Source of the DNA: an uncultured Bacteroidales bacterium
GTDB lineage: Bacteria; Bacteroidota; Bacteroidia; Bacteroidales; B18-G4
Assembly: GCA_963753055.1 (NCBI GenBank)
Contig: CAVWAP010000004.1
Coordinates: forward strand, 576,479-640,478
Direction: 5' to 3'
Length of the DNA: 64,000 bases
Shown: positions 10,204 through 20,019 of the stretch, piece after piece
Layout of the letters: each line of letters begins with the position of its first letter
Numbering within the stretch: position 1 is the first letter of the stretch
Position numbers and translations under genes: made by a program
The notes under the pieces: model-generated
Database searches by the model: none
What the model saw: the letters and a program-made list of their open reading frames with translations, nothing else
What the model was told of the DNA's origin: nothing

Positions 10204-10908
10204 ATGGAAAATACATCGGACATGTCATTGGATACCATTATCCAGGTAGACAATATCAATATCTTTCAAAAAGAGAGCCTCGTGCTTTCAGATGTCTCTT
10301 TCACTGTTAACAAAGGTGAGTTTGTTTATATCATTGGTAAGACAGGTAGTGGGAAAAGCAGTCTCCTGAAAACAATTTATGGGGATTTGCCTATGTCTGA
10401 AGGATCCATGAAAGTGGCCGGCTATGACTTGAAAAAGCTTCGCCCAAAAGAAATTCCGCTTCTCAGAAGAAAGCTGGGGATCGTGTTCCAGGATTTTCAA
10501 CTGCTTACCGACAGGACGGTGAACGAGAACCTTGTTTTCGTGATGAAAGCAACCGGCTGGAAGGACAAGAGAAAAATTGAAGAGCGCTTATCTGATGTGT
10601 TGGAAAAAGTTGGCCTGGGGACCAAAGGCTTTAAAATGCCACACCAACTTTCAGGGGGCGAACAGCAGCGTGTTGGCATTGCCCGCGCCCTTGTTAATGA
10701 CCCGGATATCATATTAGCTGATGAGCCTACAGGAAACCTGGACCCTGAAACATCCAACGGGATCATGCAATTGCTTTTCGACATACGGCTAACGGGAAGA
10801 GCCATCTTAATGGCAACACATGATTATTCTCTTTTCAAAGATTATAAGGCCAGAACACTGGTATGTGAGAATGGGAAATTAGTGGCTGCCAAAGACCAGA
10901 TGTATTAA
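10204..10908 (+). CDS. ftsE: FtsE-like cell-division ABC ATPase
   Basis: Walker A GKTGSGKSS, signature LSGGEQQR, Walker B ILADEPTGNLD. Size and sequence are FtsE-like. No ftsX adjacent. Confidence 0.7.
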   Translation: MENTSDMSLDTIIQVDNINIFQKESLVLSDVSFTVNKGEFVYIIGKTGSGKSSLLKTIYGDLPMSEGSMKVAGYDLKKLRPKEIPLLRRKLGIVFQDFQLLTDRTVNENLVFVMKATGWKDKRKIEERLSDVLEKVGLGTKGFKMPHQLSGGEQQRVGIARALVNDPDIILADEPTGNLDPETSNGIMQLLFDIRLTGRAILMATHDYSLFKDYKARTLVCENGKLVAAKDQMY

Positions 10909-12015
10909 TCGCCTGGCATTCCTTTCATTAGAATATAATTCTTTTAAGGCTCCCTTTCTCCTGTCAATTTCTATCTCACTGAATTCATGCTGAAATAGTC
11001 TTTTTAGCTGGCTTTTCAATGCCAGGGGATTGTCACCTATTACGCATAACTCATCCAGCATGGTACCGTTCAGCATTTTCCTGTTGACCAGGCAAAATCG
11101 TCCTTTGTAAAGTGTATTTAGTAGTTTTAGCTTCAAGCCGGTAGCCTGGAAAGTAACCAGGACGTTGACGTGAGCCTTTTTTATGAGGTCAAACATCTTA
11201 TCATCATCCGGATTTGCGATTATTTTAATACCGTTGTTTTTATGCTCAAGCTTCCTGATACGCTCAGGTGGGTTCATCCCGGCTATAACCAGCGGGATTT
11301 CAGTGTTCCTGAACACTTCGTTTACTAAATATTCTGCAGCATGCGCATTCTCAGGCACTTCTATATTGCCATGATAAAGCGCATAATCCCCTTTTCCAAC
11401 AAGACAGCTTACTTCATTATTTGCATGAAAGCTGGGCAGATAAGATACATTGTTGTTCTTAAAATGCTTTTTCAGATAGAGGGTATCTTTCTGAGATACA
11501 ACCAGCATTAAAGAAGCATGCTTCAGAATCCTTTGGTAAAGCCTGAGCTTGCAACTGGCCAGGAGGTAGTATATTTTATTTTTTAACTTTTTATCGACCT
11601 TAAATAAGTTAATGTAGTATTGATGCTCAATGTTGCTTTCCCGATAGATCTTAAACCGGCCTTTTAACCTCTTGTCTGAAATATAATAACAACTATGTAA
11701 ACCCTCGAATAATATTGGATAGTCGTCTTCCTCCAGGCGCTTGATCATGCTTGTGGATTTTCGACTTGAGACAATATATGGTTTAAAGTTTAATGCAGAT
11801 CCTAAACCGACTTTGCGCTTGTAATAGTGGACTTCCTCGCAGTATTGGTTCAATTGTTCGGCACGGTCGCGTCCAGGGTATTCAAAACAATGCAGATGAA
11901 TTTTTATTCCGGCCTCAAACAATGCCTTGATCTTGTAAAAGACATCGATAACTCCACCGTAATTTGGCGGATAAGGTACATCGAATGAGACAATATGTAA
12001 ATGTTTCTCAGACAA
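10879..12015 (-). CDS. Glycosyltransferase (GT1/GT4-like, mannosyltransferase-like)
   Basis: 378-aa ORF. N-terminus HLHIVSFDVPYPPNYGGVIDVFYKIKAL resembles a conserved Bacteroidota GT family. 8-nt overlap with the upstream GT. Confidence 0.6.
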   Translation of the reverse strand: MSEKHLHIVSFDVPYPPNYGGVIDVFYKIKALFEAGIKIHLHCFEYPGRDRAEQLNQYCEEVHYYKRKVGLGSALNFKPYIVSSRKSTSMIKRLEEDDYPILFEGLHSCYYISDKRLKGRFKIYRESNIEHQYYINLFKVDKKLKNKIYYLLASCKLRLYQRILKHASLMLVVSQKDTLYLKKHFKNNNVSYLPSFHANNEVSCLVGKGDYALYHGNIEVPENAHAAEYLVNEVFRNTEIPLVIAGMNPPERIRKLEHKNNGIKIIANPDDDKMFDLIKKAHVNVLVTFQATGLKLKLLNTLYKGRFCLVNRKMLNGTMLDELCVIGDNPLALKSQLKRLFQHEFSEIEIDRRKGALKELYSNERNARRLIHLVFGSH

Positions 12016-13123
12016 AATGCTGATAAATTTGGATCAAGGTTTCCTCTTCCTTCTCCCAGCAAAGCGCTTTGGAAGCAAATGTAAGATTTTCTTTCCAATG
12101 TTCAAGGATCCCGGCGTTGGCAAAAATCTCATTGATCTTACCAGCAATATGCCGTGGGTCGTGGTTATCGATAGTGGTACCAATCTGGTACTCCTCTATG
12201 ATCTTCTTCAGCTCAACCAATGGTGAAGCCAGTACCGGTACCCCTGCCTGCATATAATCGAATAGCTTGTTCGGCAGACTATACCTGTAATTCGGGTTGG
12301 TGTCCTTATCAAGCGTCACACCAAGATCCGCCTGCACAGTGTATTCCCATACCGTGTCAAGTGCTTGCTTCGGTATGAACAGTACTTTATGCTCCAACCC
12401 CAGCTCTCCGGTCATCTCCTTGAGCTTGTCAAGCACATCACCATCACCAACAATCATAAAAACAGCATCATCAATATACTGCATCGCTTCCAGCATCTCT
12501 TCAGCACCCCTTTGGATGTTTATCCCTGCACCCTGCAGGAGGATGATCTTTTTATCCTCGGGTAATCCCATAGAGGCGCGGGATCTTTTATTTAAGACAG
12601 GTTTTGTCTCCGGAACGTTGCGTACAACCTTCACATCAACTCCATAAGCCTCCTTGTAAAGGCTTGCTATGGAACCGTTTACGGTATAAACATACTTTAA
12701 CTTCGGAAAGATCCACTTTTCAATTGATCTCCAAAAAGATTGTACACGCGGACGGTCCACCAGCTCGGGTGTTTCTGTGTAATATTCATGGGTGTCATAT
12801 ACCAGTTGGATCCTTTTAATCTTTGATGCCAGATAATTGGCAAGCAGGGTATCAAGATCGTTGGATACAAGTAAGTCTGCCCTGGTGAAGAGCAGGAAAA
12901 AGAAGAGCCGGGTATTGTAACAAGCGTAAAAGAGAGGGCCTTTTTCAAAAAGTAATTTTATCCTCCTGGTTTTGTAGGGTCGATCAGACAAGGATAAGCT
13001 GTCACGCTTCCTCCGGCCTACGAGCGTAGGTTCGAAACCCATCCTGATCAACGTCTTACAAACTTTGTCAACCCGCTGCTCCGTTGAAAGGTCGTTGGTT
13101 ACCGAAAGAATTACCTTTTTCAA
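12008..13123 (-). CDS. Glycosyltransferase family 4/1
   Basis: 371-aa ORF with GT-B features, including a C-terminal E-x7-E-like region (LPNKLFDYMQAGVPVLAS). Confidence 0.7.
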   Translation of the reverse strand: MKKVILSVTNDLSTEQRVDKVCKTLIRMGFEPTLVGRRKRDSLSLSDRPYKTRRIKLLFEKGPLFYACYNTRLFFFLLFTRADLLVSNDLDTLLANYLASKIKRIQLVYDTHEYYTETPELVDRPRVQSFWRSIEKWIFPKLKYVYTVNGSIASLYKEAYGVDVKVVRNVPETKPVLNKRSRASMGLPEDKKIILLQGAGINIQRGAEEMLEAMQYIDDAVFMIVGDGDVLDKLKEMTGELGLEHKVLFIPKQALDTVWEYTVQADLGVTLDKDTNPNYRYSLPNKLFDYMQAGVPVLASPLVELKKIIEEYQIGTTIDNHDPRHIAGKINEIFANAGILEHWKENLTFASKALCWEKEEETLIQIYQHFV

Positions 13124-13208
13124 ATGAGATGAATAAGAAATTCAATACGAATTTAACATTTCCTCTCAAAAAGAACGTGAAATGGGTTGAATATTGCCCG
13201 ATTCATCT

Positions 13209-13216
13209 TATTTTTG
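13209..13216 (+). promoter_or_regulatory. Candidate -7 box (tatttttg) for murB
   Basis: TAnnTTTG match 20 nt upstream of ATG 13236. Confidence 0.3.
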
Positions 13217-13235
13217 ATGTGAAGAAGCCATCTTT

Positions 13236-14252
13236 ATGCAGATCAGGGAAAACACTTCATTAAAGCCCTATAACACCTTTGGGATAGATGTACATTCAGA
13301 TCATTTTGTTGAACTGTCAACGGATGAGGAAATCATCGATTTTATTAAAATGCATCTTGAGAAATATCCGGAGTATTTCATCCTTGGAGGAGGGAGCAAT
13401 GTCCTGTTCACCAATGACTATCACGGGTTGATCATCCATCTGACAAATAAAGGGATTAAAATTATTATTGAGGATGACGAGCATATCCTGCTCCAGGTTA
13501 GCGCCGGAGAGGTATGGGATGACCTGGTTGAGTATTGTGTATCACATAATTATGGAGGATTGGAAAACCTCTCCTTGATTCCGGGATCGGTGGGTGCCAG
13601 CCCCATTCAGAATATAGGGGCCTATGGCGTTGAATTGAAAGACCATTTTAAGGAACTAAGAGCCATAAACCTGGAGTCAGGCGATGAAAGGATCTTTTCT
13701 GCATCAGATTGTGCATTTGGATACCGAAACAGTATCTTTAAGAATGAACTCAGGGGCCAATATCTTATCCTTGATATCACGCTTGTATTAGATAAAAAAC
13801 CAGTCTTTCACACAAACTACGGTATCATTCCGCAGGAGCTTGAAGCTATGAAAGTTGATAAGCTTAGTATCCGGGCTGTCAGGGAGGCTGTATGTAATAT
13901 CCGGTCCCGCAAACTACCTGACCCCAAAACCTTAGGTAATGGAGGCAGCTTTTTTAAGAACCCGGTAATCAGCAAGGTTCAATATGATGTTTTAAAAAGA
14001 AAATATCCGGATTTGGTATCATTTCCCCATGATGAGTTACACCAGAAGCTGGCCGCAGGCTGGCTGATAGAGCATGCTGGTTGGAAAGGTCATCGTAGAG
14101 GTGATGCGGGTGTCCATCAGCAGCAGGCATTGGTGCTGGTAAATTATGGCAATGCAAACGGACATGATATACTTGACCTGTCAGAAGAGATTCAGCATTC
14201 TGTATTTAAAATGTTCGATGTGACGTTGGAACGAGAGATCAATGTGATTTGA
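13236..14252 (+). CDS. murB: UDP-N-acetylenolpyruvoylglucosamine reductase
   Basis: FAD-binding ILGGGSNVLF, GLENLSLIPGSVGASPIQNIGAYG and C-terminal MurB domain motifs (GSFFKNP). Confidence 0.9.
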   Translation: MQIRENTSLKPYNTFGIDVHSDHFVELSTDEEIIDFIKMHLEKYPEYFILGGGSNVLFTNDYHGLIIHLTNKGIKIIIEDDEHILLQVSAGEVWDDLVEYCVSHNYGGLENLSLIPGSVGASPIQNIGAYGVELKDHFKELRAINLESGDERIFSASDCAFGYRNSIFKNELRGQYLILDITLVLDKKPVFHTNYGIIPQELEAMKVDKLSIRAVREAVCNIRSRKLPDPKTLGNGGSFFKNPVISKVQYDVLKRKYPDLVSFPHDELHQKLAAGWLIEHAGWKGHRRGDAGVHQQQALVLVNYGNANGHDILDLSEEIQHSVFKMFDVTLEREINVI

Positions 14253-14259
14253 TCCCTGT

Positions 14260-15195
14260 CTAGATCATCCCGATCAAGACAGAAACAGCAACCAGTAAAT
14301 CTGTACCAAGTACTACCATGACATTCATTCCCATTGACGGAACCAGCTTTTGCATGTCATCACCATGCTTAATGGCAGTCATGCCTGCCTTGAAAGCTAT
14401 TGGCAATGGCAATAAAGCCAGATACAACCAATAAGAGGAGATGCCTGCTATGGGCAGGATCACAATGGTACCAAAGGTTACCAGGAGTCCAAAGGCATAA
14501 ATGTAAGCAGCGTTTTTCTTTCCCAGTTTGGTCACAATGTGGTTCCTTCCACCTTCTTTGTCTGCTTCAGCATCAGGGAACTCATTCAGGAGCAAGAGGA
14601 GGGAAGTCAAAATTCCGGGAGGGATGGATATCAACCACACTTCCTGTGGGATAAACTGTGAAAGACTCATTGATGGGCTGGCCACCATCGCGATGTAAGT
14701 ACCGAGTACAACCATGGAACCAAGGGTTAGTCCGGCGAGAATTTCACCCATCAGGATCTTGGCCAGGAAATTTGTGTAAAAGACAATCGTCAAACCTCCA
14801 ATAACTACGAAAAACATGATTGACCAATGAGCAACAAAAGTAAAATAAATGCCTACCACGAGTGAAAAGAACAAGGTGCCAATGGCAGCGGCCAAAACGG
14901 ATTTAGGCTTTGTGTGACCCTCAACCATCATTTTACTGCCGCCACTAAATGGTGTCTGAACTGTTTTAAAATCAATTTTTGTGTTGAAATCCGAATATTC
15001 GTTAAACAGGTTAACAGAAACGTGAGCAGATACTACACCCAGAACCAAGAGTACAGCGTGCACAACATTAAACTCCCCTGCAGGGTTATACTTTGCCGCA
15101 TAAACTAAACCAATTGCTACCAGTAAAACAGCGAGAATTAGGAAATTAGCACGTGCCTGGGCCGCCCAGACTTTCACCTTACCCGGTTTGCTCAT
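14260..15195 (-). CDS. UbiA-family prenyltransferase (MenA-like)
   Basis: Polytopic membrane protein with two Asp-rich motifs, NEYSDFNTKID and NEFPDAEADKEGG. Confidence 0.75.
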   Translation of the reverse strand: MSKPGKVKVWAAQARANFLILAVLLVAIGLVYAAKYNPAGEFNVVHAVLLVLGVVSAHVSVNLFNEYSDFNTKIDFKTVQTPFSGGSKMMVEGHTKPKSVLAAAIGTLFFSLVVGIYFTFVAHWSIMFFVVIGGLTIVFYTNFLAKILMGEILAGLTLGSMVVLGTYIAMVASPSMSLSQFIPQEVWLISIPPGILTSLLLLLNEFPDAEADKEGGRNHIVTKLGKKNAAYIYAFGLLVTFGTIVILPIAGISSYWLYLALLPLPIAFKAGMTAIKHGDDMQKLVPSMGMNVMVVLGTDLLVAVSVLIGMI

Positions 15196-15347
15196 AAATT
15201 AAATTATTTAAATTATTACATTCAAACATGCAAAGATAATGTTTGTTCATAAACTGGTGAAATATGCTAAAAGAAATTGTATAATCAGGTAACTTGTAAA
15301 CTTACCGGTTTATGATTAAATTTGTTATTATTCAATAACCTGAATGA

Positions 15348-15689
15348 ATGAATTACAATAAGGGTCATGTATTGAAATGGTTGATCAGGTTCATCAGGGT
15401 CAATCTGGAGGCATTGATCTGGCTTGCGGCCCTGATCTTACTCGCCTTTCATGATCCGACAGCTTCGCACTATTCACTCTGTCCGCTTAATAACCTTGGC
15501 TTTGAATTTTGCCCTGGTTGTGGCCTCGGACATTCAATTTCGTATCTGTTTCGGGGTGAAATCATCCAGTCATTGGAAGCACATCCCCTTGGAATATTTG
15601 CGGTAGTATTATTATCTTATAGGATTGTGAGTTTATTCAGAAAGAATTATAGCATTCAAAATAATTTTAAAACCTTAAATGATGGCTAA
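15348..15689 (+). CDS. Small membrane protein with paired-Cys motif (DUF2752-like)
   Basis: 113-aa ORF with a TM segment followed by CPLNNLGFEFCPGCGLGHS. The family name is from memory. Confidence 0.55.
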   Translation: MNYNKGHVLKWLIRFIRVNLEALIWLAALILLAFHDPTASHYSLCPLNNLGFEFCPGCGLGHSISYLFRGEIIQSLEAHPLGIFAVVLLSYRIVSLFRKNYSIQNNFKTLNDG

Positions 15690-16032
15690 TATTTATCAAT
15701 TTTTACCTGAGCTGCAGGGAAGAGAACTTATCCTTGTACAGGGCCTTACAAAAGAATATTCTGACGAACAGATCCAGACATTTGCAAATATTTACAGGAC
15801 CCGCCGAAGAGACCCTCAAATGATATTACTGACAACCTTACTGGGTTTTGTTGTAGTTGCCGGTATACAAAGATTTATGGTAGGGCAGATTGGCATGGGA
15901 CTTCTTTACTTATTTACAGCCGGCCTGTGCCTGATAGGGACGATCGTAGACCTGATCAATTACCAGGACCTGGCTTATGAATATAACCAGTCAATTGCTC
16001 GTGAAGTAGATGGAATAGCTAAGAACCTCTGA
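15679..16032 (+). CDS. TM2 domain-containing membrane protein
   Basis: GIQRFMVGQIGMGLLYLFTAGLCLIGTIVDLINY fits the two-helix TM2 domain pattern. 11-nt overlap with the upstream ORF. Confidence 0.6.
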   Translation: MMANIYQFLPELQGRELILVQGLTKEYSDEQIQTFANIYRTRRRDPQMILLTTLLGFVVVAGIQRFMVGQIGMGLLYLFTAGLCLIGTIVDLINYQDLAYEYNQSIAREVDGIAKNL

Positions 16033-16037
16033 TCTTT

Positions 16038-16949
16038 TTACACTTCCATCGCACCTATCAGATCATTGACATCGTCGATATGATGTCTTTGCATGTATTC
16101 CCTGATGCCATGAATAATTTTTACGGGCGCCTGGGGATCAATGAAATTTGCTGTGCCAACCTGGATGGCTGTGGATCCGGCTAGCATGAATTCAATGGCA
16201 TCACTTGCATTCATGATACCTCCCATACCAACTATTGGTAAATCAACCGCTTTGTGAACATCCCATACCTGCCTGAGGGCAAGGGGTTTGATACAGGGGC
16301 CTGATAAGCCACCTGTAACACCAGGCAAAACGGATCTTCTCGTTTCTGAATCAACAGCCATTCCTAAGAATGTATTAACCAGGGAAATGGAATCTGCACC
16401 TGCATCAGCAACAACCTTAGCCATCTCCCCGATATCAGTGACGTTGGGAGATAGTTTGACAATCAAAAGTTTGTCGTAAGTATCTCTTGCAGCTTTGGTA
16501 GCTTCAAAAGCTGATTTTTTATTGATCCCGAATGCCATTCCGCCTTCTTTAACATTTGGACAGGATATATTTAACTCTATGGCCGGCATTTCATCAAGGT
16601 CGTTCAGCTTTTCTGTGACAGCGATATAATCTTCAATGGTGGAACCGTTAACATTAGCAATGATATGAGTGTCAAGGTGCTTGATTTTTGGAAAGATATG
16701 ATTGATGAAGTGATCTATGCCTTTATTTTGGAGTCCGACGGAATTAAGCATTCCGCTTGCTGTCTCAGCCATCCTGGGGTAGGGGTTACCTTCCCTTTTT
16801 TCAAGGGTGAGCCCCTTGACGAATATTCCCCCCAGCTCATTCAGGTCCATGAAATCCACAAACTCCTCACCATATCCAAAAGTGCCTGAAGCAGTACTTA
16901 CAGGATTCTTGAATAACAGGTCTTTTATCTTTACATTTAAATCTACCAT
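16038..16949 (-). CDS. pyrD: Dihydroorotate dehydrogenase class 1B, catalytic subunit
   Basis: 303 aa. Active-site IELNISCPNV, FMN-binding GGI..A.DA motifs. Overlaps pyrK by 7 nt. Confidence 0.9.
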   Translation of the reverse strand: MVDLNVKIKDLLFKNPVSTASGTFGYGEEFVDFMDLNELGGIFVKGLTLEKREGNPYPRMAETASGMLNSVGLQNKGIDHFINHIFPKIKHLDTHIIANVNGSTIEDYIAVTEKLNDLDEMPAIELNISCPNVKEGGMAFGINKKSAFEATKAARDTYDKLLIVKLSPNVTDIGEMAKVVADAGADSISLVNTFLGMAVDSETRRSVLPGVTGGLSGPCIKPLALRQVWDVHKAVDLPIVGMGGIMNASDAIEFMLAGSTAIQVGTANFIDPQAPVKIIHGIREYMQRHHIDDVNDLIGAMEV

Positions 16950-17710
16950 GCCAGGTCAAGTATATTAAACACAGGTCCTTCAGTGCATACACAAAGGTTT
17001 CCCTGAGTAGTATCGACAACACAGCACAAGCATGCTCCGAAACCGCAGGCCATCATATTTTCAAGGGATGCCTCACAATCAATTTTATTATCCCTTGCAA
17101 GCTTTGCAATAGCTTTCATCATTGCATCAGGGCCACAGGTGTAGATCTTATCAAAATCATTCAGCCGGCCCCCTATGATGGAATGATCAGTCACCATGCC
17201 AGTTTCTCCCTTTGAACCATCTTCAGTAGTGATCAGGACATCACCATATGCTGCTAATCGATCAGTAAGTAAAATATCTTTTACAGATCTGCCGCCTATC
17301 AGGAAAGTCATCTTTGTCCCAAGTTCCTTGAGTTTCTTTCCTAAGAGTAAAAATGGTGCAACGCCTGATCCTCCGCCAATAATTAGAACCTGTTTTTGAT
17401 TTACGAGATTAAATGAATTGCCCAGGGGATAAATGACATTTATACTTTCCCCTTTTTTCAGGTTGCCCAGGATCCTGGTCCCTTTTCCAATTGCTTTAAT
17501 GTAAAAGGTGATGGTGCCGTCATTGTGATCAACATCATAAATGGAGAATGGTCTGCGCAGGAATACTTCATTTGAATGGTCAACCCTGATTTCAGCAAAG
17601 TTGCCAGGAAGGATTTCAGGTAATGGTTGAGATGACTGGATTTCTATGAGATAATTATCATCATTAAGCCAGGTAAGCTTGTTAACTATAAAGTCTTCAA
17701 TCCTTTTCAT
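16943..17710 (-). CDS. pyrK: Dihydroorotate dehydrogenase electron-transfer subunit
   Basis: FAD/NAD-binding RPFSI, GGGSGVAP and C-terminal 2Fe-2S Cys cluster CGFGACLCCVV...CVCTEGP. Start moved to MKRIEDF (17710). The upstream extension in the ORF track is an out-of-frame read of the neighbouring gene tail. Confidence 0.85.
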   Translation of the reverse strand: MKRIEDFIVNKLTWLNDDNYLIEIQSSQPLPEILPGNFAEIRVDHSNEVFLRRPFSIYDVDHNDGTITFYIKAIGKGTRILGNLKKGESINVIYPLGNSFNLVNQKQVLIIGGGSGVAPFLLLGKKLKELGTKMTFLIGGRSVKDILLTDRLAAYGDVLITTEDGSKGETGMVTDHSIIGGRLNDFDKIYTCGPDAMMKAIAKLARDNKIDCEASLENMMACGFGACLCCVVDTTQGNLCVCTEGPVFNILDLAW

Positions 17711-18140
17711 CTGCTGGTTCAGCTTTGTCTTCTTCTTTCTTTTCTTCCTCCTCTTCAGAAAAATCGAGTAACTCATGCTGATGTAGCTGGTTATACCAAT
17801 GGATGACCTTTTTGATATCAGAATTGTAAACCCTGTCCTGGTCATAATCCGGAACTGCCTCTTCGAAGAAAGCCTTCAGTTCAGCAGGATCACTTTTATG
17901 ATCCGGGGCTTGTTTATCTTCCAGGAGTTCATTCATCTTTTTAAAGATGTCTTTTAAAGGAAGGTCTTCCTCTTCAGTAAAAATGCTGATCTCTTCAAGA
18001 GAACTGATCTTTTCATGCGCAAAAACTGGAAACCTTTTTTGATTGTCCAGTGATTCAACCAGCAAACCATTCTTGGTTTCAGAAAGCATTTTATACAACC
18101 CGGGTTTTCCGGAAATAGCTAAAATTTTGGAAAGATCCAT
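17697..18140 (-). CDS. Conserved hypothetical protein (DUF5606-like) with acidic C-terminal tail
   Basis: 147-aa ORF. N-terminus MDLSKILAISGKPGLYKMLSETKNGLLVESL resembles a conserved Bacteroidota family (name from memory). Confidence 0.55.
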   Translation of the reverse strand: MDLSKILAISGKPGLYKMLSETKNGLLVESLDNQKRFPVFAHEKISSLEEISIFTEEEDLPLKDIFKKMNELLEDKQAPDHKSDPAELKAFFEEAVPDYDQDRVYNSDIKKVIHWYNQLHQHELLDFSEEEEEKKEEDKAEPADEKD

Positions 18141-18198
18141 AAATCAAATTTTGAGCAAAATTAATAAAAATTGGGAAGAGTAAAAGGTAAATCTAATT

Positions 18199-20019
18199 TT
18201 AAGCGAAGGTTTGTAAGTCATATAACTTGCGGTAGATACCATCTGCTTTAAGCAGCTGTTCATGATTGCCCCGCTCCATTATTTTACCTTTCTGTAAGAC
18301 GATGATCTCATCTGCATGCTTGATGGTTGATAGACGGTGGGCAATTACAATGGATGTCCGGTTCGACATTACCTTGAACAAAGCATCCTGGACCAATCGT
18401 TCGGATTCTGTATCCAGTGATGAAGTAGCTTCGTCCATAATAAGAATAGGAGGATTTCTCAGGACTGCACGTGCAATGCTGATCCTTTGCTTTTGCCCTC
18501 CTGATATTTTAGTGCCACGGTCACCAATATTGGTTTGATAGCCTTCAGGCATCTGGACTATAAATTCATGAGCGTTGGCTACTTTTGCTGCTTCTATCAC
18601 ATCTTCCTCAGTTGCACCCTCCATACCAAATACGATATTATTATAAACAGTATCATTGAAAAGAATCGATTCCTGTGTGACCATACCCATAAGGCCTCTT
18701 AAGTCATTGATTTTATAATCCCTGATGTCTGTTCCATCAATGAGAATTGATCCTTCGGTAGGATCATAAAAACGAGGCAGAAGGTCAACCATGGTGGATT
18801 TGCCTCCTCCCGACTGTCCAACAAGAGCAATGATCCTTCCTTTGGGTATCTTCAGTTCAATATTCTTCAGGACAGGTTCTTCTTCATACTTAAAACTTAC
18901 CTCGTTGTATTCAAGTTCAGTATTGAATTCATGTTTGTCTTTGGCATCTGGCTTTTGTTCAATAATTTCTTCGGCATCAAGGATCTCAAAGATCCTGTCT
19001 GCTGATGCCATGCCTTTTTGAATACTATAAAATCCAGTGGCGAATGTCTTGGCAGGTGGTATGATCTGGGAAAAAACGAGGATGTATGTTATAAATACTT
19101 CAGCACTGATAGAACCGCTTTCACCGAGCACCAATTTCCCCCCAAACCATAGAACAAGTATGATCACAACAGAAGATAGGAATTCACTCAAGGGAGAGGA
19201 TAGGTCTCTTCTGCGATATATTCCAACAGATAATTTGGAATATTCATCGTTTTGATTTTTAAATCGCAGGTTAAGAAAGTCGATGGCATTGAATGCTTTG
19301 ATGATCCTGAGACCGCTGATGGATTCTTCTATAGTTGAAAGCATCCCTGCAAACATCGTTTGGCCTATCCTGGATGTCTTTCTCAGACTTCTTCCTATCA
19401 ATCCAATAACATAACCTGTAACAGGGATAACTATTACAACAAACAGGGTTAGTTCCGGACTCATGCTTAAGAGGAAAATGAAATAAGCAATAATGGTGAT
19501 AGGATCCCGGATGATCATCTCCATATAATTCATTATGGAGAAGTCAACTTCCTGAACATCAGTTGTTATCCTTGCAATGATATCACCTTTTTTCCGCTGG
19601 GAGTAAAATGCCAGCGGCAGGATGAGCAGCTTGTTGTATATTTCCTTCCTCAGGTTTTTTATAGCTCCAATTCGCACCTTTGCAAGCACGAACATGGCCA
19701 TGTACCTCGAGAGATTCCGCAGGAAGAATGCGGTAAGTAATATCCCACAGATAAAGAGTAAAGCACCTAATTCTCCCTTTTCAATGATCATGCTGCTCAT
19801 GAGGTAATTCATGTACTCAATAAGCGCATCCGAGCTAAAGGAAAATTCAGGGGCTTGTGTTACAAGCTTTTCTTTCTCAAATAATAAACTCAGAAAGGGA
19901 GCCAGCATGGCAAAGGTGAACAACGAAAACAAAATTGTTAGCAGGTTAAACATTACATTTAACCCGGCATATCCCAGGTATGGTTTAATGTAACTTATTA
20001 TGCGCCAGTAACTTTTCAC
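18199..20019 (-). CDS. ABC exporter, fused permease/ATPase (MsbA-like)
   Basis: Six-TM N-terminal domain. Walker A GQSGGGKST, signature ISGGQKQR, Walker B LIMDEATSSLD. GTG start directly abuts the purB stop. Confidence 0.85.
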   Translation of the reverse strand: MKSYWRIISYIKPYLGYAGLNVMFNLLTILFSLFTFAMLAPFLSLLFEKEKLVTQAPEFSFSSDALIEYMNYLMSSMIIEKGELGALLFICGILLTAFFLRNLSRYMAMFVLAKVRIGAIKNLRKEIYNKLLILPLAFYSQRKKGDIIARITTDVQEVDFSIMNYMEMIIRDPITIIAYFIFLLSMSPELTLFVVIVIPVTGYVIGLIGRSLRKTSRIGQTMFAGMLSTIEESISGLRIIKAFNAIDFLNLRFKNQNDEYSKLSVGIYRRRDLSSPLSEFLSSVVIILVLWFGGKLVLGESGSISAEVFITYILVFSQIIPPAKTFATGFYSIQKGMASADRIFEILDAEEIIEQKPDAKDKHEFNTELEYNEVSFKYEEEPVLKNIELKIPKGRIIALVGQSGGGKSTMVDLLPRFYDPTEGSILIDGTDIRDYKINDLRGLMGMVTQESILFNDTVYNNIVFGMEGATEEDVIEAAKVANAHEFIVQMPEGYQTNIGDRGTKISGGQKQRISIARAVLRNPPILIMDEATSSLDTESERLVQDALFKVMSNRTSIVIAHRLSTIKHADEIIVLQKGKIMERGNHEQLLKADGIYRKLYDLQTFA

